A stretch of 64,000 nt of DNA from Nymphaea colorata. Its lineage: Eukaryota. This document shows positions 36,131-50,960 of this stretch, piece by piece. The stretch's first letter is position 1; the number at the start of each line of letters is the position of its first letter. The stretch covers positions 6,014,001 to 6,078,000 of the forward strand of contig NC_045138.2 of the NCBI RefSeq assembly GCF_008831285.2, written 5' to 3'. Below the pieces are notes generated by a model. The model saw only the letters and a list, made by a program, of their open reading frames with translations. It was not told the origin of the DNA and made no database searches. Made by a program: the position numbers and the translations under genes.

Positions 36131-37865
36131 ATCGTCATAGTTGAGCCATCTACACAAGAAGATGAACAGCTAGCAACTTGAGCGCTATTAGATCGGTCAA
36201 CCGGTCTTTGGCTATGTTAGGTGAGCCTGAGAGATGAGATGGTTTGCTTTTAAATTAGCTTTGTCTGACTCAGCTAACTGAACTTTAGATTTGATGACTT
36301 GGAGTATATTTGGAAATAGGAATGTTGTGTTCTATAAATGTGTTTATAAAATTATCTTCAGGGACGTAACATACATAGAAAGCATGTCATTGGTTTAAAT
36401 TTGTGGGAAGGCCGTAACATAACTGGTCAGAGAGACGGTCACATAGAAAGCATGTCATTGGTTCAAATTCGTGGGTACCAGTTCCCTGGATGATAAACGA
36501 TGGGATCATAATACTCTAATAACATGAGTATCATACCCCACCCCACTTATGTTCTGATGCAGCTCAGGACCTTGGGAGCAATGACAATGTGGGGTCTTCG
36601 GATTTTCTGGACAGTAGGTTGTTAACCTCCTGCTCACACCCAGAATGTATTGATAAAATCGCCATGTGAGCCACAACAATAAGACAAGTTGCTTCTAATT
36701 TTGTTTATGTCAGCTCATTAAGAATTGGATCTGATGGCTTTGAAGACCTTGGATCTGATGACTTTGAAGGTGTTTGGTAATAGGAATGTTGTGTTCTTTG
36801 GGATGAAATGTTTTTTTTTTATATATGTATAAAAGGTCCATATAATATATGTGACTGAGAAAAGTTATTGATTGTATGAATCACTGTGCATGTTCTATCA
36901 TGCAAAATATAGTTGGCAAGATTTTAGAAGTAAGTGAGGAGCAAAATATAGACATTTAAATTTCTATAATGTTAGATGAGGAGTAGTTCAGATGGGTTAT
37001 AAATTCATATGTCCATACATTTTCATGTCTTACTCTTAAGAACTCATCCATCAAATCTCATACGAATATTGACGACAGTGATTTTAGCATCATTTGAAGT
37101 ACTTGATATGAACCATGCCCAACCAGTCTCGGACTGCTTAGAGCAACTTTTGTTCACAGGAAACTTATACAGTCATAGATAGGTGAACTAGTTTAATGAA
37201 TTCAAGTTAAAGTGAAGTTAAAATTGAACTATTTAGGTACAGACCTTTTTTCTACATGAATGCAATGAAAGGACCTTTCTGGTAGGTAGGGGACACATAT
37301 ACTTGAAAGTCTTGTATTTTCTAACAACCACAATAATGCACGATAATTGTGCATCTTAAACGTATACTTGAAAGTCTTATATTTTATGACAGCCACAGTA
37401 ATGCATGATAATTGTGCATGCACTAAGTTGGCAAATCTAGTCTCAAGAGACAGCACACAACTGGGCAGTAAGGTGGCTCACACTCAAAGGGTCCAACGTC
37501 CGAATGTCATGATCACTGTCATGTTTTGGTGTTTTATTCCTTTGGGCTATAAATGGTAACAAGCACGACACTCAAATTGAAGGTGTTTCGTAGGTCCACT
37601 TAGACAATGAAACAACCCATAATCATTGAGGCATAAGCGCATGGCCTTAGGAGTTTTATGCAGAAGGCGGTTTCTCCCAAGTAAACATTTAAATAAAAAA
37701 GTTGGTGAATCCAGAGAAAAAAAAAAACAGGGCCTGTGATAATAAGAAAAAAAAAATGCCAAATTTATTGATATGGTTGTTGGGCAACTTGACCACAGTG
37801 CATGGGTTAGGCCCACTTGAGGTCCACATAGAAATAGTCATCATTAGGTCAAGTGGGTGACAGAT

Positions 37866-38240
37866 AGGGATGTCAACAAATCAGATTCGGATATATTCAC
37901 ATGTTCGCTTTGAATAATGAAATGTCCTATCTGAATCTGAAATCCGCTTTTAGAATCTACATCTGATCCAAATTTTATATTCAGATCTGAATCCAAATCC
38001 GAATTTTGAACTGAATTCTGCCAATTTTCAAAATGTAATAGCATTAGACATAAGATATTTGTCTAAAAATGAATTCGATCCAAATCTGTATCCAAATACA
38101 AATCTAAATCCAATTGAATGTCATTTTTTAAATCCAAATCCAATCCAATTTCTTAATCGAATATTAAATTTCTTTCCATATCTGATTTTTTGAAGTCAAT
38201 TTGGTTGAATATCTGATTCAAATTAGATATATTGACATAC
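37866..38240. mobile_element. MITE (TAGGGATGTCAA termini, AATCC/GGAT-rich)
   Basis: TAGGGATGTCAACAAATCAGAT ... ATATTGACATAC; a second copy lies at ~58249-58670. Confidence 0.65.
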
Positions 38241-38759
38241 AGCTGAAAAAGAACAAAATTGTTTTGTCAAAAGGCCTTAGCTGCATTTAATGCCTTCACA
38301 TAGAAGCATGTTATGGCTCTTTTCAGAAGGTTGGTGAGCAACTTCATTGCTAGTAATTAATAAATTTGCAGTAGCATTTCATGTTGGGACTGCCCCTACA
38401 AGCCTAACCTATATATCACTCTGCCTTCTTTAATTTGGCTTTCACTTCTTTTACCTCTTCTTGGTTGGATAGCAATTACGTGGAGTCAGTTTTTTACCCA
38501 TATGTATACACATGTCTGGAGAAAACCTCAGCACTAATAAAGACATGTAATTTTGAGTGGCTTAGTTAGTTATTTGGAGTGAATGACAAATATGAAAACG
38601 TAGCAAAGAAACATTAGAAAAATGTATAAGCCTTGGGTTCCTGCCATTGTTGAGTTCATGTTGCAATAGATTCATAGAAATCTTGCTGCGTTTAAGAAAT
38701 AGCACTTGAAAGTATTGCATTCTTAAAGCGTTTTTGGATCTTTGCCGTATTGACATTCC

Positions 38760-38796
<37 letters not shown>

Positions 38797-40021
38797 TTTT
38801 AAAGAAAAACATTTGGAAGAGAAATGAATGTCAATTAATAAAAAAAGGCAACGCTCCTAAGCCTAGGGGTACAGTACAAAAAACTTATACACACATATAC
38901 AGAAGCTAGATTCCTCTAGCCTCTCACAACATACGCCCTGATGCATGCTGTGTGCAGAGATTCAGCTTTTATCCGATCTAATTTTTTCATGAGCGGAGTT
39001 AAATTATGAGTGGAGTTAAATTAAAGTTTATAAATTTTGACACGGGTCGAAATATCATTTTTCAATTTTTTTTATAGAGCAAGTAAAATTTTTTAAAATT
39101 TAGATATATATATTTTTTTTAAATTTTGAGGTAGACCAGGGCCCATGCGGGTGCCCCTTACAGGTCTCATATAAGATTTACTATGATGCACTACAGTAAA
39201 TTACTAGGGTAGAGAGACAAAGAGACAAGATCTAGTACTTTGGATCCAGTAATCAATTACTTCGACCCGTATAACATGACCATTATAGACCCCACAGTAC
39301 CTAGTGCGTCCCACACGTACTCACGTGATAGGTACGAACCAAACACTCGACTCAATCATTATAACCTCTCTTCAGTAACAACACAATCTATTGGTGCCGA
39401 GCTAGATTTTTTTTTTTTTTGAGGTCGAAATAATTTTTTGTTCTTGAATATTTTTTAAAGGCCTAAATACTAAAATATCAAGTCATGCACAAATGGTTTC
39501 CATTAAATAAAACTTCTGATGATTTTTCACTGGAACCAATTATATTTTTCAAATTTTTTACATGAGCCAAACTAAAAGTTATGAAAATCTCAATTGGTAA
39601 AATTTTATTTTTCTAAGGTAGTGTTTGATACGCAGGAATTCTACTGTAGCTCAGGAAAAATTATTCAAAGGGGAGCCACGGCCCCCGCTTTGCCCCTGGC
39701 TCAGCCCTTAACCATGTTGATGACCTTGTTTAACCATCAAACATGCCCTTGGTATATATGCCTACGGTGATTGCCCACACAGCCCTACAAATCCAACAAT
39801 TTGTTTCCTCATATACTAGTTGCCCTTTAATTATTTTCGCGCTTTATGTGACAACCCTAGTTCAACCATTCTGTCTCTTTTGTTATTCTCCTTTGTACAT
39901 TATTTTTCATTTCTTCATTCTCTATTCTTTGTATTCTTTCATCTGATCAATACTGGAAAGGATATCCCCGGCCCGCTTTGATCGGAACCATAAAATCTCT
40001 TTGAGTGTATATAGATGACTC

Positions 40022-40170
40022 CAAGGGTGGATGCAAGCGTGGGCAACTGCCCACACAGACCCATGAAAAATGAAAATAGATATTTCAGGTAAAATTTTCT
40101 CATTAATTCTCTAAAATCTAAAATTTTATAATTGGTGCCTCTTAACCAAAATTTTCTGGCTCTGCTCTTA
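40022..40170. mobile_element. hAT MITE (CAGGGGCGG-type family)
   Basis: 8-bp TSD GATGACTC (40014-40021) / CATGACTC (40171-40178) flanking CAAGGGTGG...CTCTGCTCTTA. Confidence 0.7.
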
Positions 40171-43100
40171 CATGACTCAATAATTGGGCTATGAGCTTGG
40201 GCCTACTGTTTTCAATGCCAAACAATCAAATTTTACCAAGTTGAATCTTGTGGGCTACCCTTCCCTTGTGCATTGGATCCACTTGAACAAGCACCTACCG
40301 TTCCTTTTGCTTGAAGGAAGGTTTAGGTCTATCAGGCCATGTGATCCCAGACCCATTTAGTTGGACCCTGCAACCATCTTAAACCCAGTAGTTGACTCAA
40401 GGCCCACAGCAGGGCTCACCTAGGCTAGAATAATGCCCAATTTACATCTCCCCAATAAATGACAATGGATCAGATAAGATCGATCCAAGACCCTGTTCGA
40501 TTTCGAGAAGTGGGTCCATTAGTCGAAGGTCCAGATTCATTCCTTTCTTATCATCTTATGTGATTTAAACCAGTAACGGAACTACATATAAGCTGGTGTG
40601 GGCAACTGCCCATGCCAGCAACGAAATTTTTATTTATTCTTACATATTTTTACATAGATGTCTTGCAATTATTTATTATTTATATATGTTGTGCCCCTTT
40701 AAAAATGAGCATTTCTACAACAGTGCCCCATAGCCAAAGATTTTTGGCTTGGCCACTGAGTTCAACCTGATAAATGAATTTGTGTAATACGGGTCGGATC
40801 TCTTTTCCATTCGGAACACTCTCATTTTTGTGATCACATGCCAATAATGTTGGGCTGAAACTTACAGTTGAGTTATAAAGGAAGCACTGGACACAGCTCG
40901 TGTTGTCAAAATTGGGCCTGACCATGAGGGACAAAGCCTTAATTCACTTCTCTCCCTGTGCCATTGTTTTCAGAAGAGTCAAAGGTGATAGTGATGGATC
41001 GGGTCCGCAACAAAGGACTCTGCTCTGATCTGGAATGAGTGGTGGTGAGTTGGACCTCAATATAATTTAACCCAGATCTGACCTCTGATTTGATCCCAAG
41101 TTCCCAACCTCGGTATTTGTGAAAATCGGGTCGGATCAAGAGCGCATGAATGTCGTGGGACCGTGGACCATAAATATATAATTGCTGATCATACCAAGTC
41201 CAGGTCCAACATGTATGTGGATCAGCACGGCAGGACCTACTCCATGGACCCACTTGCCCCTAGTTCTAGCCCCATAATGCTTCAATTTGAGCATCAAGGA
41301 CTACATATTGATGCCAAATGCCAAGATCCAAGTCCATGTCTGGGTGGGTCCGAGTCCGGCTCTGGATCCTTCTCAAATTAACTGCACAAGTTGGCCGAGT
41401 TGGGGGTGGGTCCAAGGACATTCTAGTCCTTAAATCCATTGAACATTCTTGAATTCATGGATTTCAATGTTTATGAGGGGGGCCCAAATGAATCAATGAC
41501 ATAAATATCTTAGTTTTCAATATAAAAAACTGACACACAGAGTGGGCATGGATCAGATCATGAATTATGGCCTAACAATGACAGAGGGAGGTGCATGTTC
41601 CCTAACAAGTCTCAAGATAAATTCTCAAGGAGTCACCAAGTGACAAAAGCCATTAGTTTTTTTCTATAAAATAAAAAAAATCCCTTCACAAAGACAAAAT
41701 ATCTTTAGTGTTTCCTCATGAGATGTATTTTCATCTTTTTTTTTCATAAATTATTGTATTCATCTCTAATGTTGAGCACTTGCTTGTCAACTTTTAAAAG
41801 TTGAAAGGTAATTTGTTATTTATTCAAATGTGAAGCACTTTTTCATAATTTTTTTTATACAAAACTATCTTCTTTAAGAGGTTGTTTGACATGCATGAAA
41901 CATCAAGGAACAAACAGGACACATTCCAAAATTTTTAGAAAGAATCAAACAATGGACAAGAAACTCAAGGAACGAACTGGACAATGGAACATGAGGTATA
42001 AATACCCCCCATGTCCATTGAATTGTAACTCTTTAACTCCCAACTTATCTACATAGTGGACAAAGAAAAATCAAAGACTTTATCCCACTTGAGTCCTAGA
42101 TATCTTTAAACACACATACACACACACACACAGAGGAGAGAGAAAGAAGGGATGACTGATCAGGGACAACCAACAAAGTGGCCTCTTGCAAACATTATAG
42201 TGGGTTTTCTTCATTCCCTGTTCAAACTGAGAGAATGATCAAGCGTAGAGGTGTAGCAGTAGCAAAATCTCTAATCCTTAGTAAATGTAACCTATTTAGG
42301 AAGGAAATGTGGTGCACAGCCTCAACTACATGTAACCTATTTAAGAAGGAAATCTCTGTCTTTTGGGGAATTAAATGTAACCTATTCATGGTTGGAAATA
42401 TTTTCAAGTTGTGGGTAAGCAGATCTTTGCCATTTTATACCAAGAAATCAGAGGACAATGATCCATAACTGTATTGCCTTGTGCTTCATCTACTTATACA
42501 GAGGTGACTTTAAGTTGAAAAGACCCAAAGTTTAATACAATGCATAAATAAATATGATTGCTTTGCTTTTCACAACTGCGAGGCCAAATTTAATTTGGAT
42601 AATCTTGGTGCTTTTACAAACTATTTCAGCTACCCTAGACAATTTTATACTTCATAGATGTAATCTAATTATTTATTTGTTCTTTTTTATATTTCCATGA
42701 CATGCAAGAACTAGATGATGATACCCTGTCTCAAGTATTATATGGTTTATGAGGGAATGACTAGAAGCATATACAACACATGAGAACCTTGTCATCTACA
42801 TCTTAGAAGTTAACTAACAAACATCATGTTTTAGTTACCAAACAGCAAACAAAATGGACAGAATGGATGGTACATGATACAAACAATAGACAAAACATAT
42901 AGATGAATAGAACATAAATCAAACGTCGAACCGAACAGACAAGATAGACAATAAGAAAAACAAATGCCGGACAAAAGAAACATAATGTTTTGTTCCTAAG
43001 ACCATTAAACAAAGGACATAGAACGCAAGTGAGAAGACTGTTTACATCCCCAAAATTTATTTCGGTTTTGGAGTGCTTCAAAAAAATAGAGTTTTGTTTT

Positions 43101-46100
43101 AAAATGAGAGAGAAATGGACTCACCCATCAATACAAAGTTTGGCCATTCCCAATGCCTTTATTGAGGGTAACCCGACCAAGAACTAGCCTCTTGCATTCC
43201 ACATTCTTATATTTGAAATGTTGTCTTAAATCCTATATGCATGTATGCTCAAGTCTAAGTAAAATATATTGAGACAAACTTTGAAATGATTAAATATGAT
43301 GTTTTGTTCCTAAGACCATTAAACTAGTACTCACCTAAAAGATAACTTGTATTTGAAGATAGTTTTGAAAAAAACAAAGTTTTCAACTTGTTTGAGGAAA
43401 TATGATTGGAAACATACTTGTAAATTACTTATTTTGCAAAACATGACTTCAACTTGTCATGCTTTGCAAAAACAAGTTTTCTAAGTTTTGTTTGAAAATA
43501 AGATATCAAAACAGATGGACGATGACCATAGTTCTTGTTCATCATGGGGCTAAAGAGAGAGATTTTGGAATATTGCAAATATCAAAATAATATGTTGAAA
43601 TGTATAAAGGTTTGATATTTGAACCAAGTAATTTGTAAAGTGTTTCACTTGAATATTAAATAAATTTCAAGATTTTGCCTTAATTTGATTATCACCTCAT
43701 TAGAGCTTGATCTTGTCTTACTTAAGCTTCTTAGATATGTGCTTATTAGTATTTGTCATTCCCATAAGTGGTTGTGTATGCATGATTACATAAATTTTAT
43801 ATGCATGACAAAAATAAACCATTCCTACCATAACATACATCTATGAAACAATAAAAAGAAATATCTTGATATAAATTGATAGTAGTAAAATTTCATCGAG
43901 CGAGTCACTTAAGAGTGTATTGAAGTGGGCTAATGAAATTCTAGAAAAATGATTAAGAAAATATGAAAGGTGGATTTGCAATTCAAAAATAAAAAATGAC
44001 ATGCTCAATGCAAATTAACATGTACATCAAGCGTGTTTGAGTGTTTCTCGAGTTGGACATGTCCCAACCTCAAAATGATAAAAATAGAAAACTAACTCAC
44101 CCTAAATCTTCACATCGTAATGCACATCCAAATACAATCAAACCATTAAAATGGAGAATAGACAAAGAAATGGAAAGATAAATGTATGATGAACGATCAA
44201 GAATATGTAGAGAAAAATGAAAAGAGAAAGAGAAAAATGAAAATACATAGAGAGAAATAAAGATGAAAGAGAGAGAGAAAGAAAAAGATATTTGAAAGAG
44301 AAAGAATTAAATGAAAGAAAAATGAGGAGAGGAATAAAACAGTAAAAAAATAAAGATGAGAAATTAAAATGTGAGAAAAATAAGTTAAAACGATAGAGGA
44401 AAGTTAAGAACGAAATAAATAAACATGAAAATGAAAATGAAAGGAGTAAAAAATGAGAGAAAAAAAGTTAAAATGAAAAAGAGAAAAGTTAAAATGAGAC
44501 AAAAACAAGTTTACAAGAGATAAATAAGTTAAAAGAAATGAAGAAGCTAGTTAAAATGAAAAAAAAAAAGTAAAAATGAGAGGGAAAATGATCTTGAGAA
44601 AAATCTTTGCCTTGGTCACACTCTCTGGAGCTTCAAGGAAAATCCTTAGCTCCGGAGAGACTCTAGACATTCATCGGCTTGTTGTGAAAAAGATAGACAA
44701 GAAAATGGTAGAAAGAAAAATTATAAATACCATAAAAAAGTTTTGATGTAGAGGCGGCTCCTTTGCTCTTTCAGGCAAAAAGAACTCCTTGATAATGGCT
44801 TGAACGGGTTGGAGATGCTCCTCAAGAGTCCATCACAAGCTTCTCCAAGGTCTCGTATTGCTGAAAATGAAGGTTTGGAATTGAAGATTAAGAGAGCCAA
44901 ACAAGAAAAGTTGAACAAGAAGAAGAAGAGAAGAAGAAATCTAAAAGAGGAGATAGAGAATTCAAAGGCTTGAAAAGATGAAAAGATGATGGATTTTTCA
45001 TGTTAAATGAGAGAAATGATGAGGTATTTATAGATGAAGAAGAATCAAAGGCATTGTGGTCTTTTTCTAAAATGAAATTAGCCATTAATTGGTCATTATT
45101 GGCTTAAAATAACTTTAAAACATTAAGAAGGTCAAATCTGTCCAAAATTATGTAGACTAGGAGGTTGATTGTGCCGGGGGGGGGGGGGGAGCTTGCCCAC
45201 CCAAGGCTCCTCAGGCTAGGCCTGGCCACGCTAGGCCTATCCAGGGGCTGTACCTAGCCGTAACAGGCCGGCTAGCACTGGGCCAAGCCAGGCCAAGCGA
45301 GGCAGCGTAAGGCTAGGCCAGGGCTGGGCCAAGCTGTGATGCAACCCCTGCCACCACAGCAATACCGGTGGAACAACACCGAGGAAAAGCTGCTATGGAT
45401 CTCATTTCATGACCGGATGCGAGGCTAGCCAGCCTCCAAGTCAGGCCAAGAGTGCCTACTACCTCTGGACCACTAAACCCCTTCTCACCTGTGGCTGCTC
45501 CAGCACTTCGAACCAAGGCTGGCCGGTCTCTACCCGACCAGCCCTTGGCCATCAAGAAGCCACGGGCCAGCACGGCCCAACCACCCAGGCACCTGCAAGG
45601 GAACCTCGTTGAGAGACGCTCAGCTGGATTAGCTGATCGCCTAAGCACAACGAGCAGCATGATGCATCTGTCCATGGGTGCTATCCTCATTCGGATGTGG
45701 CAGTGCCCCATGAGGCCATGTGTCCCATCATCAAGCCAGGCATGGTCAGGAACCAGGCGGCTTTAGATGAGATGCATGTGCCTTTGGGCTATCAAACTGA
45801 GTGAACAACCTATGCAAAGATCCTTCATAGCCTAGAGTTGTTCGGTCGAGTCCCTTAGGATGACCGAAGCCATTCCAAGCGCAGTGGGGACCCTAGCAAT
45901 CGTAGCCATGAGACACAGATAGCAGGATCTAAATCTGAGAGGCATACCGAGTGCAGAGTAACTAGAGGCTGCATACCCTACCTAGGGTTACTCGGTTCGG
46001 TGCCAGTAGAGGCTACCAGGCATGGTAGTGTTTGTCACACGGTTCCAGCCACATCGCCACTTAGAGTACAAAAGGAGCATACAACATCTGCTCGGTCTAC

Positions 46101-47455
46101 ACCGGCAGGCCGACCCAGCTCCGGAGCAGCCCAGCACCCTCGCAGTTGATGTTACCTAGTGATGGAGGTGAGTGCGCTAGGTTCAGTCCAACATGAACTT
46201 GCACACCGGTTCGAAGCGCACAAACCCATATCCACCCAACTCAAGGCCTATTCAAGCCTTCCATGGATTGGATTGGGCGTGACATTTTGGACTGGACCCG
46301 AGTCTAGTCGTTTTCCCTCCCAACCTCCCTTTAAATACTTAAGTTAGGGTTAGGGTTATCTCTTATCACGTTTTGTTATTGTTAAGTTCGAGTTCTCTAT
46401 AGCTGCACAACAACACTCCTCCAATGGCTAAACGAGACTTCTTCAATGCAAATGATTGATGGAGGATGAAGCTTCTATTGTCTTATTCGGTGTGGTTCTC
46501 GAGTAAGCAACAATGATTCTTCTTCCCCTCATCTTTGTATAGGCGTGGTTCTTCTATGCTTGAGGATAAACTTCAATACCCAAAACCCCTCCACCAGCTT
46601 AAGCAGCGACGTGGTTCTCCGATGTTGTTCCAGTTTGGTTGTTCGAGTTTGTTTGGTTCTAGCTGTGGCATGGTTCTTTGTAGCAGCACCATTCGGACCA
46701 CCCATGATTGACTAAGACACAATGCCATCCTTCGTAGCATTTTCTTTCCACCCCCGACAGCCTCCAAGCCACCCTCAAAAGCAAGAATCCAAACACCTCC
46801 AAAAGACCCATATCATGCTGGAGATAGGTAATATTCTGTCCTCTAATCAATATAAGGAGATACGTCCAGGTTGTGTATCATTGTTCTTGTGGAAGCTAAA
46901 CAGTCACCCTTTGTTCGGTGACCGATAGCTTTGAATTCTACAGTTGGGTTTCCAATAGACGGCTGCATTGCATTTTAGACATCACTTCTCGGTTCCAATG
47001 AACCTTAGCTCATCCAAATCAGAGCAGTAGTCTAGAAGCAACGGGCCAGGAAAGTTACTCTTGTCCATCGACAGACCCTACCTGAAGCTCCTGCGACGGT
47101 CGAGCAAGTCATTCCTGTTCTGTGACTGATGCCATCCAAAATCGCCATCGTTTCTCCCTATTGATAGCTGCAAATTACTCATGATGTTGTCTGGATTCTT
47201 GTATGCCCAGACACCAATGATTTCCCTTAGTACCCTAGGAACAACAGAACGTTGAAGTAGCTGCACCCTACCAGAGGTGACTGTCACCAGACCCACCAGC
47301 GCCTGCGGCTAAAAGATCTCAATCCCCTGCTCTTGTCGGTTGATCAATCCCATAGATTGATACCTATGTAGTAACTATATCAATAATTAACACCTCTTGA
47401 CTCATTGTTTGTTTACTCCTTTTAACTATTGTCTTCTTAGCTGCACATTGAATAG

Positions 47456-48223
47456 AGGAGTTAAATGTATGTGGTTTCCTGCTACGTCACAAGGCGCTAT
47501 TAGTGGCTGGGTTGCTAGTTGACCCAATGCAGGAGCTCTTTGCTGCAGCAGACCAGTTCTACAAGGGCCCTCGCCGGCCAGCCTCTCCCATAGACTGCAG
47601 CAGCACTCTGCTGGAGAAGGACGTGCAATAGCAAACCATTCCAGCCAAGACAGCTGACGATTCGTGGCACCCTGCCATTTCCTAAGCCGAAAGCAAGAAC
47701 AATTCAGGGCATGGACTATGAGGTAAAATTGTCTATCACCCTATAGATGTTGGGATGGTGTATTTGCTTTAAGGCTGTTACGGCCATCATCCAGCGTGGG
47801 TGAACTCTTGGTGTGCTTCAGGCACCCAAGCACCGCCCTAGGAGTTAAATGTATGTGGTTTCCTACTACGTCACAAGGCGCTATTAGTGGCTAGGTTGCC
47901 AGTCGACCCAACGCAGGAGCTCTTTGCTGCAGCAGACCAGTTCTACAAGGGCCCTCGTCGGCCAGCCTCTCCCATAGACTGCAGCAGCACTCTGCTGGAG
48001 AAGGACGTGCAATAGCAAACCATTCCAGCCAAGACAGCTGACGATTCGTGGCACCCTGCCATTTCCTAGGCCGAAAGCAAGAACAATTCAGGGCATGGAC
48101 TATGAGGTAAAATTGTCTATCACCCTATAGATGTTGGGATGGTGTATTTGCTTTAAGGCTGTTACGGCCATCATTCAGCGTGGGTGAACTCTTGGTGTGC
48201 TTCAGGCACCCAAGCACGGCCCT
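47456..48223. repeat. 384-bp tandem duplication inside the 5' LTR
   Basis: AGGAGTTAAATGTATGTGGTTTCCT starts at 47456 and 47840. Only one copy is present in the 3' LTR (~52972-53370). Confidence 0.95.
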
Positions 48224-50089
48224 TGGCTGAGCCAGCCAAAAGAAACCTATCTTATTGGGGAAGAGGGTGTGGTTTGTGCATGTAGGCATGGTTTGTGAAT
48301 GTGCTTGAGCCGACCAGCGACATTTAGTAAATTGTGAATAGTTTAAAGCATTGTATCACTCATGCTTTGTACTCTTAAAGCCTTTTAACCCATATCTAAA
48401 CTATATATGTGTAGTTAGGTGGAGAAGAAGGGACTTTTGTACTCATCTAGGGCTAGTTAGCAGGTTGGGGCCCCATCTAACCATGGGCTATTTTGTAACG
48501 GAAGTTAACCTCCCTTCGCTTTGGTGTCGACTTTCAGCGGAGGTCCAAGGAGGTAATGCTCAAGTCAGTGGCATCGACAGGGCCTCGGCAGAGCCTTGGC
48601 CAGGGCACACCAAAAGTGGTACAAGAGCCAACGTTGGTGTACAACTGGCAAAGGCAGAAACAGTCACAGTTTTGAATACGAAAGAGAAAAGTGGAAGGGT
48701 TTACAATGCCTCATTTGTTTTGAAATTTTATAGGAAGACACATAGTTATTACGGCATATTGTATGACGGTTCATTTGGCTGTTTCCTCGAGCAAATCGGG
48801 AACCTATCCCCTAGATTGACCTTAGGATTGACGCGCAGGACCGAGCAGTTCAGTTTAGTTTTGAATGTTCATTGTGTGCAGACCGACAGTGGGTTGTCGC
48901 CGAGCAGTAGCTTCACCCAATTAGCGTAGGCTCTCGACAATCTTTGCTGACATAAACTACAAAGAGAACTGTGGCTACTGCACTCAACACAACCGTGTTG
49001 GTGGTTGAACCAGAGGCAAGTTGCCGAGGCACCACGAAGGCACAACAAGCTGGTCCCTGCTAGGACCTGGCTAAGGGTGAGGTTAACTACTAAGTCGCTT
49101 GGTGGGCGTGGGAGTTGGAGATCACCATATTCACCACCAAGAGTTGAAGGCTGACCTTGAGTTTGTTCACATGCTTGTGGACACGTATGTCACTGTCGAC
49201 ACCAAGAGGGTGTGGTGACGCGAGATTGAAGGATTGAACCTACAGCCATTGACTTTGACCGGCAAAGCAATGCCAACCAGGGCACAGTTCGCAACCGAAA
49301 ATCATCTGTTGCTTGACACATAGGCCAAATTTTCAAAAACCGTCTTCATCATTGAGTTTGTAATTAAATTTGGAGTCTCAACACTTGGAATCCAAAGTTA
49401 AACGTCTACAACTCTCACGATCAGATGTAAGGACTGGAGCGCAAATTAGGTCTTACGATGTCAAACAAAAAAGGGAAAAGATTCTGTCTTTATGACTCAG
49501 ATCTTGATAAGCTCAAGAAATTTCTATAGATTATGATCTGGAGGCATTTGGGAGAGTAGTAGAAGAGATAGCAAATCTCAAACAAGCATCACATCTAGCG
49601 AATAGGCCTTAAACTAACCATAGTCCAGGGCCAGCTAGGCCATTTGGGGCAACTAACCACTTGACCATCCAAATGAGAGAGTTGACATCCGACATAGAGG
49701 AACAACGCGCTCAGATGAATGAAATGAGAGTGCTGTGGCATTGCTCAGATGGTCCAACAAGGAGGCCCCTAACAAGGACAACAAGGAGGCCGACTCTATG
49801 CGCTGGGAAGGTCCAAGGGCTAGGAACTCCAACCACACCCAAGGTGCAGGCCTAGCCAAAGGCCACCCCCAGTTAACTCTGACCCATGGGGTGACTACAG
49901 GGAATGGTCTGGGCAATGGCGAAGGCCTACCACACAAGATCGGGTGCACTACGATCGTATAGGGCAGAGGAGTGAGGTGTCAGACAGCAAGGAAGAGATG
50001 CCTCCAAGAATGACAGCTAGATTAGGCCTACCTATGTTTGGGTAGGCTGATGCAAACCCTTTTAGGGGCTACACCAAAACCCCTCTTAG

Positions 50090-50960
50090 GCGAGTCACAC
50101 TCGATTTGCACATGTTCAACGTAAATAATGCCAAGGATTGGCACTTCAAGATAGAGCAATATTTTGAGTGTCAATAGATTTCGCATGATGAGTAGCTAAC
50201 CCTAAGCATGATGCACTTCAATGGGGAGGCCATGTGCTGGTATAGATGCCAGCCACACATGGACTAGAAAGACTTAATCAAAGAGATCCACTTACGATTT
50301 GGTGAGACCAGTTTCACCAACTACGAAGTAGAACTTACAAGTCTAAGGCAAACCGATTTGGTCCAAGAATATCAAGTTAGGTTCAAAGATATTAGCAGCA
50401 TGGTACATGACTGGCCACAACATGCTCTAGTGCCAGCCTTCATACGAGGCCTAAGAAAAGAAATCCAGATCGAGCTATTAACCAAGGAGCCACAGTCCGT
50501 ATGAGATTATTTCAAAATTGCTAGAGTAGTGGAAGAGAAGAATCGTCAGTTGAGTATAATGAAATAGATACGTAAACCTATGGCTGCACCCACCTCAGCC
50601 AACTTCAAAAAGCCACTACAAAGGGCGTTACAACCCAAGGGAGGGTAGCAGCACCCCCACGAACCCATTTTATAACACCACACGAATGCAAAGAAAGGAT
50701 AAAAAAACGCCTATGTTTTAACTGTGATGAAAAATGAGAAAAGGAGCATCAATGCAAACATTTGAAAATATTTCAAGTAGTAGAGGAAGAGGGCAAGGTT
50801 GGGGAGGCCAACGACCATTCCTCACACTACGGCATAGAAGATGCAAAAGTGGTTGAGACAACTGCCTTCATCAACAAAGCGTTGACCGATCGAGCTAAGC
50901 CCCCCTCCACGTATGAAAAGGAGATGACGACAATCATTATGACAGTTGAAAAATAGAGAC
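50090..50960 (+). pseudogene. Gag remnant fused by deletion to an RNase H fragment
   Basis: LDLHMFNVNNAKDWHFKIEQYFECQ*...MHFNGEAMCWYR; SLRQTDLVQEYQVRF; FIRGLRKEIQ; zinc knuckle LCFNCDEK*EKEHQCK; then FINKALTDRAKPPSTYEKEMTTIIMTVEK (RNase H STYEKE motif). Protease, RT and integrase are absent. Confidence 0.85.

Noticed and set aside
45313..45766. Overlapping ORFs of 67-132 aa on both strands
   Set aside because: GC-rich LTR sequence with few stop codons; the ORFs are not preserved in the second LTR.
46344..46358. TTAGGGTTAGGGTTA telomere-like repeat
   Set aside because: Only 2.5 units inside an LTR; too short to be an interstitial telomere.
48351..48929. 192-aa ORF
   Set aside because: It starts at TTG, spans the LTR end and PBS, and has no recognisable protein motif.
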